A stretch of 55,594 nt of DNA from Eubacteriales bacterium (GCA_045532035.1 JAZSFD010000015.1:1-55594), one strand, 5' to 3'; positions 8,996 to 18,887 are shown, counted from the stretch's first letter. Translations and numbers: made by a program. Notes: generated from the letters alone by a model not told the origin.

Positions 8996-9239
8996 TGAGC
9001 TGTGCCGGAAGCACGGCTCATTTTTGAGAGTGTCGCAATGCGCCACTCTTCACTAAGGGGAACGAGTTCCCCCTCGTGTGCTCCCCCGCATGAGGCATTT
9101 TCTCCCCGAAAACGCCTCATAAAGGTGTGTTTTTTGGCAACAAAGTCACCAAAAAACACAAAGTTTAATTGTATTTTATGTTGCATAAAGATTTTGCAAC
9201 AGACTGAAGTGAGCTGTGCCGGAAGCGCGGCTCATTTTT
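8996..9239. repeat. 30-bp direct repeat (terminator hairpin) flanking a 184-bp multi-hairpin insert
   Basis: tgagctgtgccggaagcacggctcattttt at 8996-9025 and 9210-9239, 29/30 identical. Confidence 0.85.
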
Positions 9240-9669
9240 CTTTTTTAAGCCATGTAAGGATATAAAACATCACAGCAGACAAAAGCTGCAGAAGCAGAAA
9301 GACCGCACAGCATGCTATCATATTTCCCTCAAGACTGAGAACAAAGCAAAAAAGATTGACAAAATACAGTGAAAAATCAAGCATCCCCCTGTTTCCCGAC
9401 GCTGTGCTTATGACAATAAGAGCAAGCATCGTGACAAAAAGAAGAATATTGACTAAAGACAATGCAAAAAGCTGTTTTTTTGAAAAAACATATGCAACCA
9501 CCGACGACACAATGCCTGTCACACAAAAAAGCGCCGACAGCACAAGATCAAGCTTCGGAAAGCCGCAGGAGGGCTCTTGTAAAAGCTGTATCACAGGCAT
9601 ACGAAGCATAAGCGCAAGCATAAGCGCAAGCCATATGCACGACACAAAAATGTCAATATGCTTTTTCAT
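9232..9669 (-). CDS. hypothetical membrane protein
   Basis: 145 aa with several hydrophobic segments; 3 bp downstream of the sortase gene. Confidence 0.7.
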   Translation of the reverse strand: MKKHIDIFVSCIWLALMLALMLRMPVIQLLQEPSCGFPKLDLVLSALFCVTGIVSSVVAYVFSKKQLFALSLVNILLFVTMLALIVISTASGNRGMLDFSLYFVNLFCFVLSLEGNMIACCAVFLLLQLLSAVMFYILTWLKKEK

Positions 9670-9672
9670 ATC

Positions 9673-11274
9673 TTATTTAACGATCTCTTCAAGCACGCCG
9701 TGTACCACAAAGCGCTTATCGGTGACGGTATTTGTGCAGGTGATAAGGGTCACTACCTTACTGTTTTTATCAAGGGAGATACCCGGTTTTGTGAATATCG
9801 ATTTTGTTTTTATATCCGCAAGGAAGGCTACGAAATCCTCCTCTGAGGCAAACTCGGTCTTGAAGAAGGATTCGGTAGGCTCCGCATCATATGCCGCAAA
9901 GGGTATATACACATACAAGCCCTCTGCCGTATACATCTCGATGGAGCTGTTAAGAAACTGATTCTTATCCTTGAAATTCATGATGGTCTGGAACATGGTG
10001 CCGTCATTCATGTTATGTCCGTAAACACAGGTATTTTTGTTATTGGAAAGCCTTGTGCTGTTGTTGTAATCGGTGAACACTGCACCCGACACGCTGTATG
10101 TTCTGTCAAGTCCGTGACTGAGATAATAATCGTTGTCGCCATGAGGAGAGCGTACGACAGGATAGTCCACTCTTGTGCCTCCGACCTTAATCCACGCGAA
10201 AGCCGAGGAATTTACATATTTCAGCGCCTGGAGATTGGGCAGCATTCTTTCGTATTTTTCGTGCATATCATACACTTCGGGTTCGGGAGCCTTATAGATA
10301 TCACCCTCGTCGGAATAAAGCCTTTCATCGGGGGAAAAGCTTGTGTCCTGTCGGGCATAGCCAAGGGTGGTATAGCCAATAACACCCGAATTGAAAGCCT
10401 CTCGAAGCTTTTCGTTCTTGTTCTTTTCAAGGCTCTTGCGTGCAAAATCCGAAACAAGATTTACAGACGATACGACAAGAACGGCAAGGCAAAGCACCAT
10501 CGCAAGATACCGAAGCACCGAAAGGGTATATTTTTTCTTCTCTTTCTCACCGTTTTTCTTTATATCCTCAGGAGTAAGCGCAGCAAGAATAGCTTCGTTT
10601 TCACGACGCGAATCGGAATCGGAGGTGCCAAAAACGATAGAAGGCTTTTTCCGGGCATCAGCTTTTTTTGTATCATTTTCAGGATGTTTTTTCTCTGTAT
10701 CACTTGACGGCGGCTCGATAGCGCTCCCGCTTTCGGCAAAAACAAGGCCGGCACTCATTTTCCCAACACTTTCAGATTCTTTCGCTTCAGCCTTATCTTC
10801 GCTGAAAAGCTCTTTCATACCGATATCCGAAGTATCGGAATCGTTTTTCAGTTCTTCCACAACTATTCGAGAAAAAAGTTCAGTACTTCCGCGGTGTTCT
10901 GTTTTATCCAAATCGCTGTCTTTCATCAGTTCGCTCATGGATTCCGCAACAATCTCGGAAGTTTCGACTTCGGGCTTGTCGTTTTTCTCCTCATGCGCAG
11001 CAACGCTTTTTTTGACCTGCACATTGTTCTCTGAATGAAAAAAATGAGCTGTCACAAAGCCTTCCTCAGCACTCTCGTCAGGCGAAACGAACACAGAACC
11101 GTCATTGATCTTTTTTTCAGAAAACAAAAAATCCATCTTGCTCTTGTCAAAAAAGTGCGGCTTGGTGCTGCCGACGGCAGCTTTTGCCACCGTTTTTTTT
11201 GCCGACGCAGACTTTTCTCTCGCCACATCTTTTTTGTTAGCGTTTTTCTTGCTTTTTTTGTTATTTGATGGCAT
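9673..11274 (-). CDS. srtB: class B sortase with a long charged N-terminal extension
   Basis: WIKVGGTRVDYPVV, YGHNM (His), TLITC (Cys), RFVVHG (Arg); single TM helix near residue 255-275. Confidence 0.85.
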   Translation of the reverse strand: MPSNNKKSKKNANKKDVAREKSASAKKTVAKAAVGSTKPHFFDKSKMDFLFSEKKINDGSVFVSPDESAEEGFVTAHFFHSENNVQVKKSVAAHEEKNDKPEVETSEIVAESMSELMKDSDLDKTEHRGSTELFSRIVVEELKNDSDTSDIGMKELFSEDKAEAKESESVGKMSAGLVFAESGSAIEPPSSDTEKKHPENDTKKADARKKPSIVFGTSDSDSRRENEAILAALTPEDIKKNGEKEKKKYTLSVLRYLAMVLCLAVLVVSSVNLVSDFARKSLEKNKNEKLREAFNSGVIGYTTLGYARQDTSFSPDERLYSDEGDIYKAPEPEVYDMHEKYERMLPNLQALKYVNSSAFAWIKVGGTRVDYPVVRSPHGDNDYYLSHGLDRTYSVSGAVFTDYNNSTRLSNNKNTCVYGHNMNDGTMFQTIMNFKDKNQFLNSSIEMYTAEGLYVYIPFAAYDAEPTESFFKTEFASEEDFVAFLADIKTKSIFTKPGISLDKNSKVVTLITCTNTVTDKRFVVHGVLEEIVK

Positions 11275-11297
11275 ATCAGCCTCTCCTGTCGAAAAAA

Positions 11298-12053
11298 TTA
11301 GTCCTTTTTGTCTGAGCTTACGGAATATTTCTGCTGTTTTTTCGATTTGGAACCAATCTTGGATTCTTTCCCGGTCATAAGTCTTTCAATATTCGTCTTG
11401 TGAAGGATAACAATAAAAAGTGCGATGATAAACGCGAATATGATCGAAACAGCACTGTAAAACACGGGAAGGTTTTCTTCGATCGCCACCTCAAGTCCGA
11501 CCTGCTGCTTTGCATAGACAAGAAGAGGATAAAGCATTGCACAAACAACAGAGCCGAGAGAAATATATCTCCATATAGCAACGATTATGACAAAAAGCGC
11601 AAGCAGAATCAAAAAGATCTGCCAGTCAAGCATAAGGATGGTTATGGCAGATGCCACAACACCCTTGCCGCCCTTGAAACGGTAATAGCAGGGATAAACA
11701 TGGCCGAGAACAGCAAAAAAACCTGCCACATAGTTTCCGCCGTTGACCGCACCCACAAGAAGCATACCGATCACGATTGAAACGGCTGTTTTGAGTGCAT
11801 CGCCCAAAAATGTCAATGCCGCATCAGCCTTGCCGTAAGTGCGGAGCATATTTGTCATGCCGGCGTTTCCGCTGCCATATTTTCTGATGTCGTCATGATG
11901 CTTAAGTTTTGATATTATCACGGCGAAATTGAGACTGCCGAGGCAGTATGATGCAAGAGCTGTTATGATATAGCAAAGAATCAGCATGGCAAGCTCTGTG
12001 TTGAAAAAGCTGCCAACCATGCCGTTTGTCAAAAGATCGAGAAATGCTTTCAT
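11298..12053 (-). CDS. plsY: glycerol-3-phosphate acyltransferase PlsY
   Basis: DIRKYGSGNAGMTN, FKGGKGV, HKTNIERL motifs; follows der. Confidence 0.93.
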   Translation of the reverse strand: MKAFLDLLTNGMVGSFFNTELAMLILCYIITALASYCLGSLNFAVIISKLKHHDDIRKYGSGNAGMTNMLRTYGKADAALTFLGDALKTAVSIVIGMLLVGAVNGGNYVAGFFAVLGHVYPCYYRFKGGKGVVASAITILMLDWQIFLILLALFVIIVAIWRYISLGSVVCAMLYPLLVYAKQQVGLEVAIEENLPVFYSAVSIIFAFIIALFIVILHKTNIERLMTGKESKIGSKSKKQQKYSVSSDKKD

Positions 12054-12081
12054 GTGCTTTAGCTCCTTTTATGTCAGATTG

Positions 12082-13416
12082 TCAGTCAGACGGATTTGCG
12101 TCGTCCTTCTGGCGGATAACAAGCTTGATGGGAGTGCCTTCAAAGCCGAAGACCTCGCGAAGCTTGTTTTCGATATATCTCTGATACGAGAAGTGGAAAA
12201 GCTCTGCTTCGTTTACGAAAATAACAAATGTGGGGGCTTTTACACCTGTCTGGGTCATATAGTAGATCTTGAGCCTCTTTCCCTTGTCCGTGGGAGGAGG
12301 AACACGGGTTATGGCATCATTCAGAACATCGTTGAGAAGACCTGTGGAAATTCTCATAAGCGACTGATCGTTGACATAATTGACAAGCTCAAAAATACGG
12401 TCAACTCTCTGACCTGTTTTCGCCGAAATGAAAAGCACGGGGGCGTAGGTCATATACGAAAGGGCGGCATAGACATCCTTTCTCATGTTGTCAAGAGTCT
12501 TTCCGTCTTTTTCGATGAGGTCCCATTTATTGATAACGATGACCGAGGGTTTGCCGTTCTCATGGGCAAGACCTGCAACTCGCTCGTCCTGCGCAGTAAC
12601 GCCTTCTGTGGCATCAATCATTATAACACACACATCAGCGCGCTCAATGGCAAGTTGAGCTCTGAAAACACTGTAACGCTCAATATTATTTTCGATCTTG
12701 CCGCTTTTTCTGATGCCTGCGGTGTCAATGAAAGTGTATTTGCCGTGACCGTTTTCGATTTTTGAATCGATGGCATCGCGGGTGGTACCGGAAACATTCG
12801 AAACGATCATTCTCTCCTCACCGAGAATGCGATTGACAAGCGAGCTTTTTCCGGCGTTTGGTCTGCCTATGACCGCAACCTTTATGCTGTCATCTTCTTC
12901 CTCTTCAAAGGCTTCATCGTCTATGTATTCACAGACCTTTTCGAGAATATCTCCGCTTCCTGTACCATGTACCGACGAAAGGGCGATCGGGTCGCCAAGT
13001 CCAAGCTCATAAAACTCATAAAACTCGGGGGGGACCGCACCTATTCTGTCCATTTTATTGACAGCAAGGACAATGGGCTTTCTGCTTTTTCTGAGCATTG
13101 TAGCGATCTCCATGTCATCAGCGGTGACGCCTGCATGAAAATCGCACATATAGATAATTACATCGGCGCTTTCGATGGCAATATTCGCCTGAGCCTTGAT
13201 GTGCATCATAATATCGTCGGTGGTATCGGGCTCGATTCCGCCTGTATCGACCATCATGAGAGTTCTTCCTGCCCATTCAGTCTCAAAATAGATTCTGTCA
13301 CGGGTAACACCGGGGGTGTTTTCCACGATGGAGATGCGTTTTCCGCATACTTTATTGAAAAATGTGCTCTTGCCGACATTAGGTCTGCCGACAATGGCAA
13401 CGATAGGTTTTGACAT
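12082..13416 (-). CDS. der: ribosome biogenesis GTPase Der/EngA
   Basis: two G-domains (GRPNVGKS, GRPNAGKS) and a C-terminal KH-like domain. Confidence 0.97.
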   Translation of the reverse strand: MSKPIVAIVGRPNVGKSTFFNKVCGKRISIVENTPGVTRDRIYFETEWAGRTLMMVDTGGIEPDTTDDIMMHIKAQANIAIESADVIIYMCDFHAGVTADDMEIATMLRKSRKPIVLAVNKMDRIGAVPPEFYEFYELGLGDPIALSSVHGTGSGDILEKVCEYIDDEAFEEEEDDSIKVAVIGRPNAGKSSLVNRILGEERMIVSNVSGTTRDAIDSKIENGHGKYTFIDTAGIRKSGKIENNIERYSVFRAQLAIERADVCVIMIDATEGVTAQDERVAGLAHENGKPSVIVINKWDLIEKDGKTLDNMRKDVYAALSYMTYAPVLFISAKTGQRVDRIFELVNYVNDQSLMRISTGLLNDVLNDAITRVPPPTDKGKRLKIYYMTQTGVKAPTFVIFVNEAELFHFSYQRYIENKLREVFGFEGTPIKLVIRQKDDANPSD

Positions 13417-13447
13417 TTTTACACCTGCTTTCTTTGCAGTTTTCAGC

Positions 13448-14758
13448 TCACAGTCCGAGAATGGAATTCACAAACTCAGCACCGTCCGACGATACGGGAC
13501 AAACAGAAACACCGAGCTTTTGTGAAAGCTCGTCAATTGTCATATCGTCAAGGAATTTGTCGCCCTCATGCCGGAGCATTACCGACGGGATATAGAGCGT
13601 ATTACCAAGATCCTTTCCTTCAAGCGCGGTCAGAAGATCGCTTCCCGTCAGAAGTCCTGCGACAGTCACTCCGCGGCCGAAAAACAAATTCTTTGCCTTA
13701 TAAACATTACAATTTATATTATACCATTTATCTGTGATTTTTTCAACAGATTTTTTAATAAAATCATATGCCGCCTCCCCCGTTACAACAGAAATTTTTC
13801 TGTCATCAGCGGAAATGCCGTCAAGCAGGAGGTTTTCGATCTCAAAATCGATCTCATTTTCCATCGATCGGATCATTCCAACACCGTTTTCGATCTGGGG
13901 ATAGTCCTCATAATATTCCTCGTCGGGAAGCGGAAGACCTGCTTTTATGTACCATTCATCCGAGGCATAGCAGAGATTCACCCCATGCTTTTCGAAATTT
14001 TCTTTTCGGATGCGGTCGATGAGAGAGATAACTTCTCTGCTGTCGTCGGCATCGAAAAGATCAAGGGGGAAAAGACCGCGTCTGTGTGCAGTAAGCCCCG
14101 CCGGAACGACAGCCACACTCTGAACATAAGGATAATACTCCGAAAGCTCGCAAAGTGATCTTTCAAGCTCTTTTCCGTCGTTTATACCCTTGCAAAGAAC
14201 TATCTGGCAGTTCATTGATATGCCGCCGTCGCGGAATTTGTCAAGATAGCGAAGACACTCGCCCGCGTTCTTGTTCTTCATCATCTTCACGCGAAGCTTA
14301 GGGTTGGTGGTATGAACAGAGATATTGACGGGAGAAATGCGCATTTTTATGATGCGTTCAACTTCACAATCGGAAAGATTGGTGAGGGTAACATAGTTGC
14401 CGAAAAAGAAGGAAAGGCGCGAGTCATCGTCCTTGAAATAGATCGATTCGCGCATCCCTTTTGGGTTCTGGTCTATAAAGCAGAAAATACAGCCGTTCCT
14501 GCAGGAATGCTGTTTGTCCATGAGATATGTCTCAAATTCAAGACCGAGCTCATCATATTCGTCTTTTTTAACGATCTTTGCCTCATACGCCTGCCCGTTT
14601 CTCGTCAAAGAAAGGGTGAGTTTTTTTTCGGTGGTATAATAGCGGTAGTCAAGCACGTCGTTTATTTCGTTGGAATTCACCGAAACAAGCACATCTCCGC
14701 CGCAAACACCCGCTTTATGCGCATATGAGCCCTTTTCGACATCTTTTACTGTTACCAT
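13448..14758 (-). CDS. DUF512-type putative radical-SAM Fe-S protein with N-terminal PDZ domain
   Basis: CRNGCIFC, YFKDDDSRLSF, YPQIENGVG; usual position upstream of der. Confidence 0.88.
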   Translation of the reverse strand: MVTVKDVEKGSYAHKAGVCGGDVLVSVNSNEINDVLDYRYYTTEKKLTLSLTRNGQAYEAKIVKKDEYDELGLEFETYLMDKQHSCRNGCIFCFIDQNPKGMRESIYFKDDDSRLSFFFGNYVTLTNLSDCEVERIIKMRISPVNISVHTTNPKLRVKMMKNKNAGECLRYLDKFRDGGISMNCQIVLCKGINDGKELERSLCELSEYYPYVQSVAVVPAGLTAHRRGLFPLDLFDADDSREVISLIDRIRKENFEKHGVNLCYASDEWYIKAGLPLPDEEYYEDYPQIENGVGMIRSMENEIDFEIENLLLDGISADDRKISVVTGEAAYDFIKKSVEKITDKWYNINCNVYKAKNLFFGRGVTVAGLLTGSDLLTALEGKDLGNTLYIPSVMLRHEGDKFLDDMTIDELSQKLGVSVCPVSSDGAEFVNSILGL

Positions 14759-14864
14759 TTTATCTGTTCCTTCCGATGGGATAATAACAAAAAAGAGAAG
14801 GAGCGATCAATCTTTCCTTCCCATTTTTCATTCTGCTGTATCGTTGGCAAACGGCAAAAACAAG

Positions 14865-15062
14865 TTATGCCTTGGCTTCTTCAGCCTGAGCTGCCGAATA
14901 ATCCTTGCCTGCATAAGTCTTGCAGTTTCTGCAGACTCTGTGCGAAAGGTTATATTCGCCGCACTTAGGGCACTTTGTGAAGCCGGGAATATCGAGCTTC
15001 CAAACATTGCTGCGTCTCTTATCTCTTCTTGCTTTGGATACTTTTCTCTTCGGTACTGCCAT
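14865..15062 (-). CDS. rpmF: 50S ribosomal protein L32
   Basis: [25 protein letters not shown]; RBS aaggagg. Confidence 0.95.
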   Translation of the reverse strand: MAVPKRKVSKARRDKRRSNVWKLDIPGFTKCPKCGEYNLSHRVCRNCKTYAGKDYSAAQAEEAKA

Positions 15063-15159
15063 CTTTACGACCTCCTTATATAATACATAATGTAAAACAA
15101 TGTAATCTGAGAGCGGCACTCATGAGCAAATCTTGCACCGCAAACTCACATATGTCATT

Positions 15160-15188
15160 ATTATACTATCAATTTCCCTGTTTGTCAA
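15160..15188 (-). promoter_or_regulatory. consensus sigma-A promoter for rpmF
   Basis: TTGACA-N17-TATAAT on the minus strand. Confidence 0.75.
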
Positions 15189-15708
15189 GTAATTTTTTCA
15201 AAACTGCGAGCCTTGGATCAATATTTTTTCCTGAACAGGTACATTTTTCGAAATTCAGGTTCTTTCCACACCCCTGACAGAGGCCTTTACAGTCATCAGA
15301 GCAAAGATGCTTTGACGGAAGCTCCATGAAAAAAAGTCCGTCGGCACATTCGCCGATATCAAGAATTCCCGACGGCGCGAGGATCATTCCCTCCCCTTGC
15401 TCGTTCTGGAGCTCGGTTGCCACAGAATACTGTGCGGAAAAATCAACATTTCTTTCAAGTTCTGCAAGGCATCTTGCACAGCTTGTCTTATATTCACCCG
15501 AAAGGACTATTTCCGCCATAACAAGGCTTTCCGAACGGGTGGAGCCTGAAGCCTTTTCAAAAACTCTGCCGGTAACTCTTACGGGAGAATCGAAAATTAT
15601 ATCGCTGTCAAGATTCTCGGGTTCGAAGCTGAATGAGAAATCGATATTTTTTGTATCCCCTTTGAAGATGGGGTTCAGATCAAGCAAATTCTTGTTTTCG
15701 TTTGACAT
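15169..15708 (-). CDS. DUF177/YceD family protein
   Basis: CARCL, LCSDDCKGLCQGCG, DPRLAVLK; upstream of rpmF; start at 15708 or 15723. Confidence 0.9.
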   Translation of the reverse strand: MSNENKNLLDLNPIFKGDTKNIDFSFSFEPENLDSDIIFDSPVRVTGRVFEKASGSTRSESLVMAEIVLSGEYKTSCARCLAELERNVDFSAQYSVATELQNEQGEGMILAPSGILDIGECADGLFFMELPSKHLCSDDCKGLCQGCGKNLNFEKCTCSGKNIDPRLAVLKKLLDKQGN

Positions 15709-15746
15709 AAGCCATCCTTTCAATTACACTGAAAACAAACATTCTA

Positions 15747-15775
15747 ATTATATAGAAACAAAACCGATTTGTCAA
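15747..15775 (-). promoter_or_regulatory. consensus sigma-A promoter for the DUF177 gene
   Basis: TTGACA-N17-TATAAT on the minus strand. Confidence 0.7.
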
Positions 15776-15795
15776 CAGTAAATATTGACAAAAAA

Positions 15796-16611
15796 TCATT
15801 TTCTGCCTGCGATTCTTCCGAGGGCTGCAAAAATCGAAAAGCAAAGCGCGTTAACAACAACAATGCTTGCGCCTGTAGGCATCTCGGAATAATAGGAAAG
15901 CACAAGTCCCAGTACAAAGCAAACCGCCGACACCGCCACAGAACATATGACGACGCCCTTAAAGCTTTTGAAAATACGCATTGATGTGAGAGCCGGAAAG
16001 ATCACAAGACTTGATATGAGAAGAGTTCCCATGATGCGCATTCCGATGACTACCACAAGGGCGGTGAGAAGCGCAATGACAGTCTTATACACTCCGACTT
16101 TTGTGCCCGACGCCTTTGCAAAATCCTCGTCATAGGTCACAAGGAAGATATCGTGATAGCAAAGGACAAAAACCGCAATCACAACAATTGCAAGGGGGAT
16201 GCAATAATAGAGCTCCTCTTTGCCAACAAGCCAGATACTTCCGAACATATAGCTGTTTACATCAATGCTGATATTTCCGAGGCTCGCAGCACAAACACCG
16301 ACGGCAAGCGCAGTGCTCGAAATAAGCGCTATGGCAGAATCGCCCTTGATGCTGCTTGATTCGGAAAGTCTCAGAAGCAGAAAAGCCGTGAGCATCACAA
16401 CAGGTATGGTTATAACCAAAGGTGCCGTGTTCAAAGCAAAAGCAATGCTCAATGTGCCGAAAGCCACATGGGAAAGTCCGTCTCCTATCATTGAGCAACG
16501 CTTCAGTACAAGGCAGACGCCGAGAAGCGCCGCGCACAGAGACACCAAAAGTCCGATGACCGCACCGCGGGTTATCATGGGTTGGGATATTACCGCTTTT
16601 ATAAATTCCAT
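15796..16611 (-). CDS. znuB: Zn/Mn ABC transporter permease (ZnuB-like)
   Basis: MIGDGLSHVAF, FGSI, DEDFAKASG motifs; multiple TM helices. Confidence 0.88.
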   Translation of the reverse strand: MEFIKAVISQPMITRGAVIGLLVSLCAALLGVCLVLKRCSMIGDGLSHVAFGTLSIAFALNTAPLVITIPVVMLTAFLLLRLSESSSIKGDSAIALISSTALAVGVCAASLGNISIDVNSYMFGSIWLVGKEELYYCIPLAIVVIAVFVLCYHDIFLVTYDEDFAKASGTKVGVYKTVIALLTALVVVIGMRIMGTLLISSLVIFPALTSMRIFKSFKGVVICSVAVSAVCFVLGLVLSYYSEMPTGASIVVVNALCFSIFAALGRIAGRK

Positions 16612-16623
16612 TCTTCCGCCTCC

Positions 16624-17322
16624 TTACGACAAGAGCTTCTTCGAATGGATCGAAAGAAGATATTCTTCTTTCTTACCGAAAAAGAGCAGATTTGTGTCAA
16701 GATGAAGGATCTTTGTGGCGTACTTCATGGCGCTGTTCATATCGTGCGAGATCATGATGACGGTGATATTCTTTTCGCGGTTGAGCTTTTCAAGGCAGGA
16801 ATAAAGATCGCGTGCTGCATTTGTGTCAAGACCGCTGACAGGCTCATCAAGCACAAGTATCTCGTCAGCTGCACACAAAGCTCTTGCAAGAAGCACTCGC
16901 TGGCGCTGACCACCCGAAAGGTCGCGGGTAGCCTTATGCCTCAGATCATAAATATCAAGATATTTCATATAGGTTTCGGCAAGCTCTTTTTGCGCTCTGC
17001 CGTATATCTTCGGAAACTTCATTCCCGAAAGGCATCCAGAAATCACCGTTTCGCCGACAGAGGCGGGAAAATCCTTTTGAAGCAAAGTCTGCTGAGGCAG
17101 ATAGCCTATTCTCTTTTTGCCGTTTTTGAGGTTGAATTCCGCCTTGCCGCAGCAGGTGGGAACAAGTCCGAGCATTGCTTTCACAAGCGAGCTTTTTCCC
17201 GTACCGTTCTCTCCGACGATGCAAAGATAGTCGCCGCGCTCTACCGCAAAGCTTACGTGGTCCACAACTTTTTTGCCCTCATATGCCACGCAGATATGAT
17301 CGGCCTTCAAAATAACGCTCAA
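16624..17322 (-). CDS. znuC: Zn/Mn ABC transporter ATPase (ZnuC-like)
   Basis: GENGTGKS, LSGGQRQR, LDEP, ISHD. Confidence 0.88.
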   Translation of the reverse strand: MSVILKADHICVAYEGKKVVDHVSFAVERGDYLCIVGENGTGKSSLVKAMLGLVPTCCGKAEFNLKNGKKRIGYLPQQTLLQKDFPASVGETVISGCLSGMKFPKIYGRAQKELAETYMKYLDIYDLRHKATRDLSGGQRQRVLLARALCAADEILVLDEPVSGLDTNAARDLYSCLEKLNREKNITVIMISHDMNSAMKYATKILHLDTNLLFFGKKEEYLLSIHSKKLLS

Positions 17323-18260
17323 GACAAAGCCTCCTCAAGCACAGACAAATTTTCATACATTATCGAAATATAAGTTTTCCCTTTCTCAAAATCTTCTTTT
17401 GAAAGATTGTGACAGGAGTGAAAAACAGCAGTGCGCGCTCCTGTTCCTTCCGCAATTCCCCTTGCCGATCTGTCATCCGAGAGCTCGGGGTAAAGTATCA
17501 CGCTTACGCCGTTTTCGTTCATTTTATCGATCATCGAAGTGACGGTTCCGGGGGCGGGCTCTGCCGATTCCGAGCAGGAATCATAAAGCGTCACGCACGA
17601 AAGTCCATAGCACTCGGCAAAATATCTGAAAGCAAACTCACCGCCAAAATAAAGGGTGTCAAGCCGCGAGCTTGCTACACATTCTCTGATATCTAAATCA
17701 AGCCGTGAAAGATTTTCGGTATAAATCCTTGCGTTTTCCCTGTAATACTCGGCATTTTCAGGGTCAAGAGAAACAATAGCTTCACAAATATCTGAAACAA
17801 TGATCTTTGCATTTTCTGGGCTTGTCCAGATGTGGGGATCAATATTGAGAGCGTGTGAATGTCGGTGCTCCTCAGAGCCGCTGTGCTCATGCCCGCCGTC
17901 AAGACAGATGGGGACTATGTTATTTGAAACATCAAGTATCACGCAATCATCAGGAGCATTTTCGGCAAAAGGAAGCGCCCAGTTTTCCATAATCTCGCCC
18001 GTATATATGAATATATTGGCATCCGATATCTTTCCCGCGTCTTTCATGGACGGGTCAAAGGAATGGCTGTCGGTACCCGGCGGAAGAAGCATTTCCACCA
18101 CCGCCTTATCTCCTGCCACAGCGCGGGCAAAATCATACTGAGGAAAAAGGGTTGCAACAATTCTAATCTTTCCGTCGTCCCCGTTCTCGGTTTTCGCAGA
18201 GCACGAAAAAACGAAAAGACAGAGCAAAAGAGAAAGGATTACAGATAAAAACTTTTTCAC
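17319..18260 (-). CDS. znuA: Zn/Mn ABC transporter substrate-binding lipoprotein (ZnuA-like)
   Basis: lipoprotein signal, DSHSFDP, His-rich loop, DPHIW; start GTG 18260 overlapping the regulator stop. Confidence 0.85.
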   Translation of the reverse strand: MKKFLSVILSLLLCLFVFSCSAKTENGDDGKIRIVATLFPQYDFARAVAGDKAVVEMLLPPGTDSHSFDPSMKDAGKISDANIFIYTGEIMENWALPFAENAPDDCVILDVSNNIVPICLDGGHEHSGSEEHRHSHALNIDPHIWTSPENAKIIVSDICEAIVSLDPENAEYYRENARIYTENLSRLDLDIRECVASSRLDTLYFGGEFAFRYFAECYGLSCVTLYDSCSESAEPAPGTVTSMIDKMNENGVSVILYPELSDDRSARGIAEGTGARTAVFHSCHNLSKEDFEKGKTYISIMYENLSVLEEALS

Positions 18261-18721
18261 TTTCTTTCCTCCGTTCCGCGAATTTTCACCCCGGACTTGT
18301 CGGCTGTGCTGTGTTTTTCTGTTCTGAAGCACTCAGAGCATTTTCCGTAAAAAACAGTTCTGCTTCCGTCTATCACAAAGCCATGATCTGATGAAACATG
18401 GGATGCAAGCTTGTCGAGAAAATCGCAATCGGCGTGTATAAGCTTACCGCAGACGGTACATTTCAGATGAAAATGCTCGCAGGACGAGCCGTTATACTGA
18501 TAGCAGGCACCGCTTTTGTCACCGAGAGTATATTTTTTTATAACCCCATCAGAAAGCAATCTGTCAAGTCCGCGGTAGACTGTTGCCTTGCCCACATGGG
18601 TGCCGCGCTCATCAAGCATGACAGCGATGTCGTCGGCGGTGAAATGTCGCCCGTCTGTTTCTTTTACACATTCAAGAATAAGACCTTTTTGTCTGGTATT
18701 ATAATTGTTCTGAACTTCCAT
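18257..18721 (-). CDS. zur: Fur-family regulator, probably Zur
   Basis: HFTADDI, ATVYRGL, HFHLKCTVCG, CSEC; first gene of the metal ABC operon. Confidence 0.8.
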   Translation of the reverse strand: MEVQNNYNTRQKGLILECVKETDGRHFTADDIAVMLDERGTHVGKATVYRGLDRLLSDGVIKKYTLGDKSGACYQYNGSSCEHFHLKCTVCGKLIHADCDFLDKLASHVSSDHGFVIDGSRTVFYGKCSECFRTEKHSTADKSGVKIRGTEERK

Positions 18722-18736
18722 AGAATCCCTTTTTTG

Positions 18737-18791
18737 AATTTGAAATTGATTATCAGTTTCAAATTATATCAGAACAATGCACATTTGTCAA
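18737..18791 (-). promoter_or_regulatory. zur-znu promoter (TTGACA-N17-TATAAT) overlapped by a 29-bp palindromic operator
   Basis: aatttgaaattgattatcagtttcaaatt at 18737-18765; -10 at 18763-18768, -35 at 18786-18791. Confidence 0.75.
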
Positions 18792-18887
18792 CATCAAATA
18801 ATAAAAAATAATTACGAAAAACTATTTACATAAATCGGCGTGTGTGATATAATATATTGTTATATCATATACTGGGAGGGTTATCGG

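Noticed and set aside
8996-9239. CRISPR mini-array
   Set aside because: Only two repeats, a 184-bp spacer, the repeat is a terminator, and there are no cas genes.
9604-9631. Tandem aagcataagcgc repeat
   Set aside because: A short coding repeat (LALM/LALM) inside a membrane protein; no evidence of function.
13448-14758. DUF512 radical-SAM protein as the missing GRE activase
   Set aside because: It is a PDZ-DUF512 protein in its usual der context and lacks PflA-type features.
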